This document shows positions 27,548 through 36,621 of a DNA stretch of 64,000 nucleotides, piece by piece. Position numbers and translations under genes: made by a program. Origin of the DNA: a virus; IMG/VR virus record IMGVR_UViG_3300020442_000007, positions 64,001 through 128,000 of that record; one strand, written 5' to 3'. How positions within the stretch are numbered: position 1 is the first letter of the stretch; every line of letters starts with the position of its first letter. The notes under the pieces were generated by a model, which did no database searches, was not told the DNA's origin, and saw only the letters and a program-made list of their open reading frames with translations.

Positions 27548-28477
27548 TTATTTTACCCCCGATCCGCTTAATCCTTTGTGTCGATTAACACGATCAGGCT
27601 GTTGATATATTGATTTAAAAAATTTACTTGCACCTGGTGTAAAAGGCTCGCTATCAATTGGCAACTGTAATTCATTTATTAATTTAATTCCGTAATCCTT
27701 AGAAGAATTAGTCACATCTTCAACACTAGAAAATTCACTTTTCCATAAATCATTAAGATATTCAAAGTCACGAACATTTACATAATCCCAGTCTGTACAC
27801 ATTGTTTTATACACAGCTGCTCTTGTACCAAGCATTGCCCAATCACCATTTTTTACATCTGCTCCAACCATTGCCCAAATATACAACCAATGTAAACATC
27901 TCCAATGCAAATTTAAAAATTCATCTTTGTTTGGTTTGATACCCTGATTAAGTGATAATTTTACACCTTCTCTAAAACCAGCTCTCCATGCTTGTTGAGG
28001 TGTAGCATTATTATATACATCAGAGAAGCAACTATTCATTTGTACATATTTGAGGTCCCAACAAAAATCTACTTGTGCATGTTCATTATCTGGATCTGCG
28101 TTTTCGTGTGTACGCATATTTAACACGTATTCTTTTGGCCAGCATTTTAAACCGCCATTACCATAAACAAGTCCGTTAACTTCATTTTTTCCTGCCCAAC
28201 TTATAACACAATTTTCTAATTCTACGTCATCTTCAAAAGATATTTCTTCTTTTAAAAAATTATTTTTTATTTTATTATCACCGTCTACTGTGATAAATCT
28301 ATCCGTTTCACTTAACTTTGCACATTCTTTATGTGCAGCGTCTGAACCTTTAACTCCATGAACACGTTTTGCCCAAGGAACCTTTGTTAATAAGTCAGCA
28401 TAATTTTCTTCTGCATTGGGTTCATCATAACTTAAATATACTACATCATAATCAAGTACTTTAAATTTATTAGGCAT
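27548..28477 (-). CDS. GT-A (GT2-like) glycosyltransferase
   Basis: YLSYDEP, TVDGD, YGNGGLK, AWRAGFREGVKL. Confidence 0.7.
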   Translation of the reverse strand: MPNKFKVLDYDVVYLSYDEPNAEENYADLLTKVPWAKRVHGVKGSDAAHKECAKLSETDRFITVDGDNKIKNNFLKEEISFEDDVELENCVISWAGKNEVNGLVYGNGGLKCWPKEYVLNMRTHENADPDNEHAQVDFCWDLKYVQMNSCFSDVYNNATPQQAWRAGFREGVKLSLNQGIKPNKDEFLNLHWRCLHWLYIWAMVGADVKNGDWAMLGTRAAVYKTMCTDWDYVNVRDFEYLNDLWKSEFSSVEDVTNSSKDYGIKLINELQLPIDSEPFTPGASKFFKSIYQQPDRVNRHKGLSGSGVK

Positions 28478-28484
28478 CTGGCAA

Positions 28485-29048
28485 TCATTTCCTTACGATA
28501 TGATAAAAATTTTCATCATTTACAGGACAATACAAACTTATTTTATCTAATGTTACTAAATGTGCATCATCTGTTTCTATATCGAATAATTTTTTGTTAG
28601 TAAATTTTTTCATATCAATAGTAAGTTGTCCTAGTAAAATATTAGGGTTATTTTCTTCTGTAACATATACTTTTTTAAACTGACTTAAATATTTATTGTT
28701 GATAATTCTTGACTCAACTAGTCCTGAAATATGTGCTTTACCTTGCCATTTTTCTTTCTTTTTGTCTTGGAAGATATAAAAAGATAAAGGATCATAGCCG
28801 GTAATCTTATCTAGCCGTTTTATTTCATGAATACTTTTATCTACATCAAAATTTTCTGTTTCATCTTTTCTTAAAAATTTTGGAGGAGCTTCAGGACTTA
28901 GTAAAACATAATAATCAACAAGGTTACACTTACCTGATACAAAATCTACATATAAGTCTTTATCGATAACTAAGTGTGGATCATCACTTTTGTTTTCATT
29001 TGTTACTGATAATAAATCTCCTGATTCACTGTAATACACATAAAACAT
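28485..29048 (-). CDS. hypothetical protein
   Basis: 187-aa ORF coupled to neighbours in the operon. Confidence 0.65.
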   Translation of the reverse strand: MFYVYYSESGDLLSVTNENKSDDPHLVIDKDLYVDFVSGKCNLVDYYVLLSPEAPPKFLRKDETENFDVDKSIHEIKRLDKITGYDPLSFYIFQDKKKEKWQGKAHISGLVESRIINNKYLSQFKKVYVTEENNPNILLGQLTIDMKKFTNKKLFDIETDDAHLVTLDKISLYCPVNDENFYHIVRK

Positions 29049-29881
29049 TAAACTGACTCCAATCTACTGATTAACCTATCAGTGAGAAATTCTGGTTCAA
29101 CATAATGTAAAATATTTCGTTGTAAAAAATTTCCAATCATCATAGTTTTATCTTTTGTAAAATAACCACCTAATACTGTGGTCCATTTACTAGGTACTTC
29201 ATGCCAATTTTGACAATGAGGTTTCATGTGAGTAAATGTAATAAAAGAGTTTGGATCTGTTATGTCTAAAGTATTATCTAATATCTTACTAGCAATACTA
29301 CAACTTAAATCCATACTACACCATTTTTGATAATAGTTCCCTGCGAATCTTCCATAAAATAATTCCCAGTTGATCATAATTATTTCTAAAAGTTTAAAAA
29401 ACTCATGAGCTTCGTCGCTTTTCTTAAAATAATAAAATGCAGAATATAAATTAGGCAAATTATTTTCGTCCCATGTTTTTCTGTAATACCTAGTAGTTAC
29501 ATTTTCATTACGATAATTCTTTACATTACTTACAAAAAATAAATTTCTTTTTTTAAGTTCGGACCACCAATGAGTAATATCATGTAATATTAACATATCA
29601 ACATCCATTACAATAGTATGTTCATAAGGAGAAGCATGGTATACTTTCCATCTATTTTCAATCTTCCAATTAGTATCCTTTGCTTGATCTGTCCAAGGAA
29701 TATCTATAATCTTATCAAACACAGATTTGTACTTTTCAGGTACTTTATCATTTGTAATTAATGATATATTTTGATCTTTATTAAATTTATGTATGCTAGT
29801 AGCTAAAGCATATGCCTGCTTAATATAATCAACTTCAGCATTATTCTGTGCTAGTAAACAAAATCCGTCACTCATTTTCAA
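29048..29881 (-). CDS. GT-A (GT8-like) glycosyltransferase
   Basis: YIKQAYALATSI, SPYEHTIVMDVD (DxD), FTHMK. Confidence 0.7.
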   Translation of the reverse strand: MKMSDGFCLLAQNNAEVDYIKQAYALATSIHKFNKDQNISLITNDKVPEKYKSVFDKIIDIPWTDQAKDTNWKIENRWKVYHASPYEHTIVMDVDMLILHDITHWWSELKKRNLFFVSNVKNYRNENVTTRYYRKTWDENNLPNLYSAFYYFKKSDEAHEFFKLLEIIMINWELFYGRFAGNYYQKWCSMDLSCSIASKILDNTLDITDPNSFITFTHMKPHCQNWHEVPSKWTTVLGGYFTKDKTMMIGNFLQRNILHYVEPEFLTDRLISRLESV

Positions 29882-30725
29882 ACTCTTTATCTATTGCTCT
29901 ACCTAAACTAAATTTATTCATAACATGTACATTTGCATCTTCAACTGTAGCACCTACAAAACTTCCTCCACTTGTGTAATCACAAATAAATGTCATTTTA
30001 TTTCCATCTAGATTGTGTAACATATCTCCATCTGAAGCCATATACATATTTCCTGGCATAGTACGTGGCCAAGGACCTAGTTGAAATCCTTGCAATATAT
30101 GAATTGCAATGCTAAAAGCAAAATCATTTCTATAATTGTTATTAGGTATTTGATATATTAATCTATAATAGTTCCAATTGTCTTTTATGTGCTGTATTAA
30201 ATTAAAATACATTTGCATAAAGTCAGATTTCTTAAAATAAAATCCAGTAGCCCACCACATGTCTATTGAACGATCACTTATCCTATCAAATTTTTGTAAT
30301 CTTCTTAAAGTTTTTGCAACATCTGTTGGATGCCTATAAATCAAAAAATCTTGATCCATATTAAAACAATTTAATAATTGATTATTACAAATAATAAAAT
30401 CAACATCTAACACAATAGTTTCATCAAACGGAGTAAGATTGTAACAATCTGGTCTTGAATGATTTTTCCAAGCTAATTTTTTTGTACTATATACTCCGTC
30501 TAAAAAAATTCTTTTTTGTTCTGTATGGGTTATTGGTATTGGTAGAACTTGATCAATATACTTTTGATAGAAAGTGAAAGCTCTTTCGAGATATTCAGGA
30601 TTGTCTGTAACTAATGCTACAGGCAACTTCAAATGTTCTTTTATTTTCTTTGCACAAAAAACTGCTTGTTTTATATAATCTACTTCTAAATTGTTAAGTG
30701 CAAAGAGTAACACACCTTGCGTCAT
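29868..30725 (-). CDS. GT-A (GT8-like) glycosyltransferase, paralogue of 29048..29881
   Basis: YIKQA, TPFDETIVLDVD, RNDFAFSIA, HVMNK. Confidence 0.7.
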   Translation of the reverse strand: MTQGVLLFALNNLEVDYIKQAVFCAKKIKEHLKLPVALVTDNPEYLERAFTFYQKYIDQVLPIPITHTEQKRIFLDGVYSTKKLAWKNHSRPDCYNLTPFDETIVLDVDFIICNNQLLNCFNMDQDFLIYRHPTDVAKTLRRLQKFDRISDRSIDMWWATGFYFKKSDFMQMYFNLIQHIKDNWNYYRLIYQIPNNNYRNDFAFSIAIHILQGFQLGPWPRTMPGNMYMASDGDMLHNLDGNKMTFICDYTSGGSFVGATVEDANVHVMNKFSLGRAIDKEFENE

Positions 30726-31069
30726 AAATTTAGAATGCCTTCAATTGTTCTAGTCTTTTTAAGCTCATTAAATTTTTGTAGATATGCATTTGCATTTGTA
30801 GAATAGATATTCAAAATTTCGTCTAAGAAATCTTGTAAATTTTCTATTTCTATAGGTGAATTATTATCATCTAATAAAATTGAACTGGATTGATTATTTT
30901 GTATTAAAGTATTACAAAAATTAATTAATTCTCTGTTTACATTAAATTTCCCACCATTTACATAATGTACACAATTTTCCAAAAATTTTTCATGTATAAG
31001 ATTACGCTGGTTATTTAACGTAATCATGTGATTAGAAAAATCTAGTGCTTTTTCTAGCCTATCGTCCAT
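30722..31069 (-). CDS. hypothetical protein (first gene of the GT/radical SAM operon)
   Basis: 115-aa ORF with SD AGGAG behind a consensus promoter. Confidence 0.7.
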   Translation of the reverse strand: MDDRLEKALDFSNHMITLNNQRNLIHEKFLENCVHYVNGGKFNVNRELINFCNTLIQNNQSSSILLDDNNSPIEIENLQDFLDEILNIYSTNANAYLQKFNELKKTRTIEGILNL

Positions 31070-31094
31070 AGAATACTCCTTAAGTAATACTACT

Positions 31095-31123
31095 ATTATA
31101 TACTAAAAATTGCTTGTTGTCAA
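31095..31123 (-). promoter_or_regulatory. consensus sigma70 promoter
   Basis: Minus strand TTGACA (31123-31118), 17 bp, TATAAT (31100-31095). Confidence 0.85.
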
Positions 31124-31136
31124 TGGTATAATTGGC

Positions 31137-32159
31137 TTATGCTATTCCTGAGCCAACGAACGCATATGTTGGTGTTGCTATAGAAATTGGACCGTTACAA
31201 CGGGTTTGTGACATGGTAAGATCTATGTCCAAATCTACTTGTTCATCTGTAAAAGGGTCGCCAGTATCAGCATCAGTCCATGAAAATTTGAAAGTAATAG
31301 TCCCATTATTATCATGTTTTGCTTCTACCTTTATACTGTTTTCTGCATACAATACATCAGATCCAAATTTTACAGCAATATCTTGATAACTTGTTGTTAA
31401 ATCTTCTGAACCAAACCCAGCTCCTACTGTTGCTGTTCCGGTTGTTGTAGTTGAACTATTTTTAAATGTTATGGTGCCAAAATTAGATAACATAGTTGCC
31501 CAATCTGCTGACTTAGTACCTGAACCATTTGAACCTGAAGTTGAAAATCTTATGTCTCCTCCAGTATTAAAAAAATGTCTTCTATGGTCATCACCGGTAG
31601 CAGTGACAGCACTACCATCATCATTCTTACATGTATATCCTCCAGCAAAAGTTACATTTACTTCTGCTGTAAGTGTAGTATTCCAACTAGATGTATATGA
31701 TGCTCCTGAAGTAGACGGCGTAATTTTTGATTCTAATACTAAGTGACTTGCAAACACTTGTTCAGGATCTGCTTCTATAGCTGTGAACGTTGGTCCAAAA
31801 TCATTTACGCCTTTATTAGCATCTGGATTTACAATAGTAAATGTATCTGTTGGATTGTCTCTCAACACCGTACTACCTGTACCAACATTTGATTCATCAG
31901 CACCGATAATATTACCACTTACTATTTCACCAATAGCAGTAGAAGTATTCAACTGATGTGCATGTATTAAATTTAAATCTGTTCTTAATCCAGCCCACTG
32001 AGCAGCTGTAATATCAGTAGTCCCAACTATTGCTGTGCCGGTGTTAGCCATAGCTACACCATATCCTCTTTTACCTGTGCCGATACCTAATATTGCATTG
32101 ACTCGTTGAACATAGTCATTGTACAAAGCCGCTTCAACATTAGATCCTACAGATGGCAT
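31137..32159 (-). CDS. virion structural protein (baseplate/fibre-associated), paralogue of 32217..33116
   Basis: G/T/S/A-rich; shared RRHFFN.GG.IRF and DWA.ML...GTI motifs. Confidence 0.65.
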   Translation of the reverse strand: MPSVGSNVEAALYNDYVQRVNAILGIGTGKRGYGVAMANTGTAIVGTTDITAAQWAGLRTDLNLIHAHQLNTSTAIGEIVSGNIIGADESNVGTGSTVLRDNPTDTFTIVNPDANKGVNDFGPTFTAIEADPEQVFASHLVLESKITPSTSGASYTSSWNTTLTAEVNVTFAGGYTCKNDDGSAVTATGDDHRRHFFNTGGDIRFSTSGSNGSGTKSADWATMLSNFGTITFKNSSTTTTGTATVGAGFGSEDLTTSYQDIAVKFGSDVLYAENSIKVEAKHDNNGTITFKFSWTDADTGDPFTDEQVDLDIDLTMSQTRCNGPISIATPTYAFVGSGIA

Positions 32160-32189
32160 ATTTTTTCTCCATTATACGGTAATATAATG

Positions 32190-32197
32190 TATTTATC
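32190..32197 (-). promoter_or_regulatory. putative late promoter GATAAATA
   Basis: TATTTATC on + strand, ~30 nt upstream of a structural gene. Confidence 0.55.
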
Positions 32198-32216
32198 GGA
32201 ATCTAAGGTAATTGTT

Positions 32217-33116
32217 TTATAGTTCTGACGTGTTGTTATACGTCGGAGAAGGAACAGATACATATGTTCCTGATGGTCGTCTGTGGGTGATTGAGCTTAA
32301 TATATCTCCAGTAACGTTTGGATCACCTCCGCCATCTGCGTTATCTTGAAATTGTACATCAAACTCTATTACATTATCAGCTAGTGTACGTGCATTTATT
32401 TGATACATGTTGTTATTGTAGTCATATGCTGTACCTAATTTATGAAATATTCTTTGTGAAGTACCTGTTAATTCAAAGTTACCAATAGCAGTTGGTACTC
32501 CTGATCCTGTTTGTGTAGTTGCATGTGATGCCATTGATATGGTTCCCATACCTGCTAACATAGATGCCCAATCAGAATCTTTTCCGCCGCTTCCGTTTGA
32601 AAGATTAGCTTGAAATCTTATTTGTCCGCCAGCATTGAAAAAATGACGTCTTGCGGCTGCATCAGTAAATGTCACAGTAAAAACATGAGTTATAGTACCA
32701 TTCCATTCAGATACTCTTGTGCTTTGTAATACTGATTCTACAGATGCTTGTGTATCATCACAAAGTTGTCTATCTGCTTCAAGACTGTTGACTAATGTGA
32801 GATAATCATTTATACCTTTTGAAGTATCTGTTGTACCGTCTTTATCAATAGATTCAGATGCACCTATTCTATCTGTTGGATTAATAAGTGCCAAACTTGT
32901 AACACTACCAGTTTGATGTGCTCTACATTTATCTATATCTGATTTTAAATTTTGTAAATGTGTTGCTGTAATGACTGTGTTGGCAGCAACAATTGAACTG
33001 CTTAGTGTCTGACCATATCCTGTATCTGCAAAGCCTTGGCCAAGAACAGTCTCAATTCTACTTTGCAAACCATTAAAGGTTGCAGCTGTAATTAGTTCTT
33101 GGGCGTTAACGGTCAT
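32217..33116 (-). CDS. virion structural protein, paralogue of 31137..32159
   Basis: GYGQ, RRHFFNAGGQIRF, DWASML. Confidence 0.65.
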   Translation of the reverse strand: MTVNAQELITAATFNGLQSRIETVLGQGFADTGYGQTLSSSIVAANTVITATHLQNLKSDIDKCRAHQTGSVTSLALINPTDRIGASESIDKDGTTDTSKGINDYLTLVNSLEADRQLCDDTQASVESVLQSTRVSEWNGTITHVFTVTFTDAAARRHFFNAGGQIRFQANLSNGSGGKDSDWASMLAGMGTISMASHATTQTGSGVPTAIGNFELTGTSQRIFHKLGTAYDYNNNMYQINARTLADNVIEFDVQFQDNADGGGDPNVTGDILSSITHRRPSGTYVSVPSPTYNNTSEL

Positions 33117-33134
33117 AACGAGCGATTCCTATTT

Positions 33135-34661
33135 TTAAACTTTTAACACACATTCAACCAGCTTTTCATTTACATCTTCATTAGACTCTAATGCAATACC
33201 TACAATATCTCTGCCTTCTGAATCAGCTGATTGACATACACCATGATCTCCTACATATACAGGATCGCCCTTTTCTACTCTTCCTATAACACGAACTGGT
33301 ACTCTTCCTTTTAACGCTATTGGTTGTCCTTCACTTTCTGCATTCATAAGTAAAGCAGGTGAATCTGATATTACACCTATACAAATATTACTGCCAGAAG
33401 CAGGACCTGCTTCATGATCAGCATCTGTGCAAATTGCCATAGCTGTTCCTACTGCAAATTCTTTTTGAGTAGTGTACTTTTCTGCTAGGTCAGCATATTG
33501 TGCTTGTGTTGAAACACCAACAAAATAATTAGCTTTGAGTGAACCTGCTGGAATTGTTTGTGCGTTAATTACTTCTGATGTATTTGTACGTGTTGCTACA
33601 GTTCCGTTTGCAACTGTTTCTGAACCTGCTCTGTTTGTACCAGCAACAACGAGATTAGTTGCTTTTTCTGCAAGCCCTGTAAAGTTACTTGCATATACAT
33701 TATTAAATTGATGATCAGCAGTACCTAACGTCACAGTTTCTGTTGATATGCCATCGGCTGCCAAACCTGGGAAGACCGAGTTTGCTTGAATTTTCAAAGT
33801 ATTCTTTATAGATCCGCCTGTATCTTTAGCTCTGATAGTAATTAAAGTACCTATTTCGTTTGCAATTACTGCTTCATTACCATTTTCAACCTTAATTCTA
33901 AAATCATTTGAATCACCAACAGCTAAACCTACATCAGCAAATTCTGCAAGAGCAGTAAAGTTTGCATCTCCTGCTTTTAGATAAGCTGATGAATCAAATC
34001 CGCCTAACTTATCTGCGTTAGATGCTGTACCCCAATATCTAAAGTTTGTAGAAGTTACTCCTCCTGTAGCATTAACAGTATTTTTCAGTGTCATACCTTG
34101 TTTGACAACATCAAATCCTGCTATAGCATTTGTTGCATCTGTACTATCAATTGTAAACGCTTGATTAGACACAATCATCACAACTTCGTCGTTGATAATT
34201 GCTTTAATTATTGAACGAGAAACGCCAGCGTTATCATTTATTGTTGCACTCTTCCATTGTGTAAGAAGAGATCCTGCATCCTGTGGTCCAACTAAAACAA
34301 ATGTTGTTCCATTGAACGCATATAATTGTTCGTTAGCAGTATCCCACCAAAAATCACCTTCTGTTAGTCCTGCTGGTTCTGTAGCACTTACTTCTGCGCC
34401 ACCTGTTGTACGGAATTTTGTTCCATCATAAAACTTTAACTTCTTAGTCGAACTATCAAACCAAATTTGCCCTGAAATTGCTTTAGGAGGTGCTGATGTT
34501 CCTGAAAAGTTTTCTAATAGGAAAACAAAATTTTCATTCTGTATTTCTCCGTATCCGGCATAATTCTTACCAACTAATTTTAAGTCAGTAGTTTGGTCAA
34601 TGGTTCCATCTTCGACAACTGTAAGTTGAGAATTATTATATCTGTCAATTGTGTATGCCAT
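33135..34661 (-). CDS. tail fibre/baseplate protein with C-terminal autocleaving chaperone-like (peptidase G2/IMC-type) domain
   Basis: Shared N-term GKNYAGYGE..NF..LLENF..GQIWFD; C-term YADLAEKY..GRVPV. Confidence 0.7.
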   Translation of the reverse strand: MAYTIDRYNNSQLTVVEDGTIDQTTDLKLVGKNYAGYGEIQNENFVFLLENFSGTSAPPKAISGQIWFDSSTKKLKFYDGTKFRTTGGAEVSATEPAGLTEGDFWWDTANEQLYAFNGTTFVLVGPQDAGSLLTQWKSATINDNAGVSRSIIKAIINDEVVMIVSNQAFTIDSTDATNAIAGFDVVKQGMTLKNTVNATGGVTSTNFRYWGTASNADKLGGFDSSAYLKAGDANFTALAEFADVGLAVGDSNDFRIKVENGNEAVIANEIGTLITIRAKDTGGSIKNTLKIQANSVFPGLAADGISTETVTLGTADHQFNNVYASNFTGLAEKATNLVVAGTNRAGSETVANGTVATRTNTSEVINAQTIPAGSLKANYFVGVSTQAQYADLAEKYTTQKEFAVGTAMAICTDADHEAGPASGSNICIGVISDSPALLMNAESEGQPIALKGRVPVRVIGRVEKGDPVYVGDHGVCQSADSEGRDIVGIALESNEDVNEKLVECVLKV

Positions 34662-34695
34662 TTTTATTAACCCCTAATATGCATTATATTAATAG

Positions 34696-34703
34696 TATTT
34701 ATC
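34696..34703 (-). promoter_or_regulatory. putative late promoter GATAAATA
   Basis: TATTTATC upstream of the 34661 start. Confidence 0.55.
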
Positions 34704-34707
34704 AGCA

Positions 34708-36621
34708 TTACGGATAATTAGTCGTACTACCATGTGACCAAGTAGTCCCATTACTAGTAAAAGTCATTGTATATCTTGTCGGTGTAATGGTTGCTGAACC
34801 TGACACACCTGCCGCATCTACTGCTAAATCTTGCATCACAGACGTCGAAGACGCTACATTGTCTTTATCTACTGCTATATACGACTTATTAAGTGCCGCA
34901 GACAGCAATCCCTGGCTAATATTAATACTTGCACCTGCATAGTTTGTGCAATGTACAGTGGCTATTGCCCCGTTTTTTGTATTTGCAGGATACAATGTTT
35001 GTAAAACTGCAATTACATCATTTACTGGTCCGTTTCCTACTCCTCCAGCGTTAGGATTTGAAAAACCTGTAATATCTAATGCTAACCCTACATTTTCTGA
35101 ATCAATAGTAGTATCAACATAATTCTTTGTTGCAACTCCTTGTGCTGCTACTGGGTCAACAACACCTGTTATTTTTTGTGTGTTTATTGTAATATCACCT
35201 GATGATACTACATTTAATCCCCCGCCTGTAACAGTAATTGTTGAACCATCTAAATTGATGTTGTCAATATCGATAGCACCTAATGTTCCTATATTTACAA
35301 GTCCTGTTGCTGTTGTGACTGTAGAAGCAAGTTCTGTTTTTGTTAAAACTGAAGTTCCATCAATTTTAAAAGCAGGATCAGGATTTATTGCATTAGTTGT
35401 TAAATCAACATTTTGATTAAATGTCCAACTATTTGTTGCATCATACCATAATATATCCTTACTGCCATCAATAGAACGCAGAATTATACCACCACCATCA
35501 ACAGCGGCGTCATTTGCTTGAGTGCTATCGCTTTGTAAACCTAATTCAATATTTTTATCTTCTACACGTAAAGTTGTTGTATCTAAAAATGTTGTATCAC
35601 CTGATACAAGTAAATTTCCACCTACTGTAACATTGCCTGAAAATTTTCCTGCTCCAACTACGTCTAATTCAACAGTAGGAGTATCATTGAAAACGCCTAC
35701 CCTTTCATTAGTTGCATCAATAATGATTCCTGAAATATAAGCATTTCCTTTTCTTACTTTTAAGTTTATATCAGTATTTGCTTGTTGTGCTTCTAATTCT
35801 AATTGATTTGTTCCAGAATTTACTTTTAATATTCCGTATTCGATATCACCTACACCTACTGCTAGTCCTGCTTGATTTTTTACGGATAATTTTCCTGTTG
35901 TCTGTGTTGCACCTACTGCACTCATAAAACTTGCAGTATTAAATTTTGCACCTGATCCGTCTATCAAACTTTCTGCTGATTCTGCAATACCAAAATATTT
36001 AAAATCTGCAGCGATAGGGTTGAATCCTTTTTTGAATAATTGGCGTTTTGGAACTTGAGTGTCGTTGGCATCTTGTGGATATCCAGGAATTCCATTTACA
36101 AGTTCCACAAAATATTGACTGTCAGCAAATACACCAACTAATGTACCGCCAATGAATAATTTTAATGCAGTTCTTGTTACGTTTACAGAGTCAATTACAG
36201 ATTGAACTTCGAATCCAGTTTTTTGTTGACCAGCTTGATATGGTGGTCCTGCTAAAACTAATTCAGATCCATCAAAGAAATACAGCTGATTATTTTTACT
36301 ATCAATCCACAGATCTCCCGCTACCATTGTAGGTTGTGAAGCTGAAACAATAGGTCCTCCTGCAGATTTAAAAGCAGTACCATTATATATTTTTAATCTT
36401 TGCTCTTGAGTGTCAAACCAAAGCTGGCCAGTTATTGGTGTATTTGGTGCAGTAGTGCTAGAAAAATTTTCTAGCAACTTTACAAAATTTTCATTAAATG
36501 CTTCACCAAAACCTGTGTAGTTTCTACCTACTAAAGTTAAACTAGAAGTACTTACATCAATTTGTCCATCAACTAAATCTACAAGTAAGTCACCATTTGT
36601 TTTATTAATTCTATAACTCAT
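34708..36621 (-). CDS. tail fibre protein
   Basis: Same N-terminal domain (GRNY.GFGE..LLENF); VEDKNIELG..GGGI; DP...Q.VATKNYVD fibre motif. Confidence 0.75.
   Translation of the reverse strand: MSYRINKTNGDLLVDLVDGQIDVSTSSLTLVGRNYTGFGEAFNENFVKLLENFSSTTAPNTPITGQLWFDTQEQRLKIYNGTAFKSAGGPIVSASQPTMVAGDLWIDSKNNQLYFFDGSELVLAGPPYQAGQQKTGFEVQSVIDSVNVTRTALKLFIGGTLVGVFADSQYFVELVNGIPGYPQDANDTQVPKRQLFKKGFNPIAADFKYFGIAESAESLIDGSGAKFNTASFMSAVGATQTTGKLSVKNQAGLAVGVGDIEYGILKVNSGTNQLELEAQQANTDINLKVRKGNAYISGIIIDATNERVGVFNDTPTVELDVVGAGKFSGNVTVGGNLLVSGDTTFLDTTTLRVEDKNIELGLQSDSTQANDAAVDGGGIILRSIDGSKDILWYDATNSWTFNQNVDLTTNAINPDPAFKIDGTSVLTKTELASTVTTATGLVNIGTLGAIDIDNINLDGSTITVTGGGLNVVSSGDITINTQKITGVVDPVAAQGVATKNYVDTTIDSENVGLALDITGFSNPNAGGVGNGPVNDVIAVLQTLYPANTKNGAIATVHCTNYAGASINISQGLLSAALNKSYIAVDKDNVASSTSVMQDLAVDAAGVSGSATITPTRYTMTFTSNGTTWSHGSTTNYP

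Noticed and set aside
2561-31069. Host chromosomal LPS/capsule locus or chimeric assembly
   Set aside because: Contains a phage fibre gene and phage-type late motifs, has similar AT richness and packing, and has no wzx/wzy or housekeeping genes; read-level confirmation is still advisable
410-31069. DNA hypermodification cluster
   Set aside because: No thymidylate synthase/hydroxymethylase, dNMP kinase, aGPT-PPlase, TET/JBP or Dpd genes recognised. Not excluded, since partners could lie outside the window
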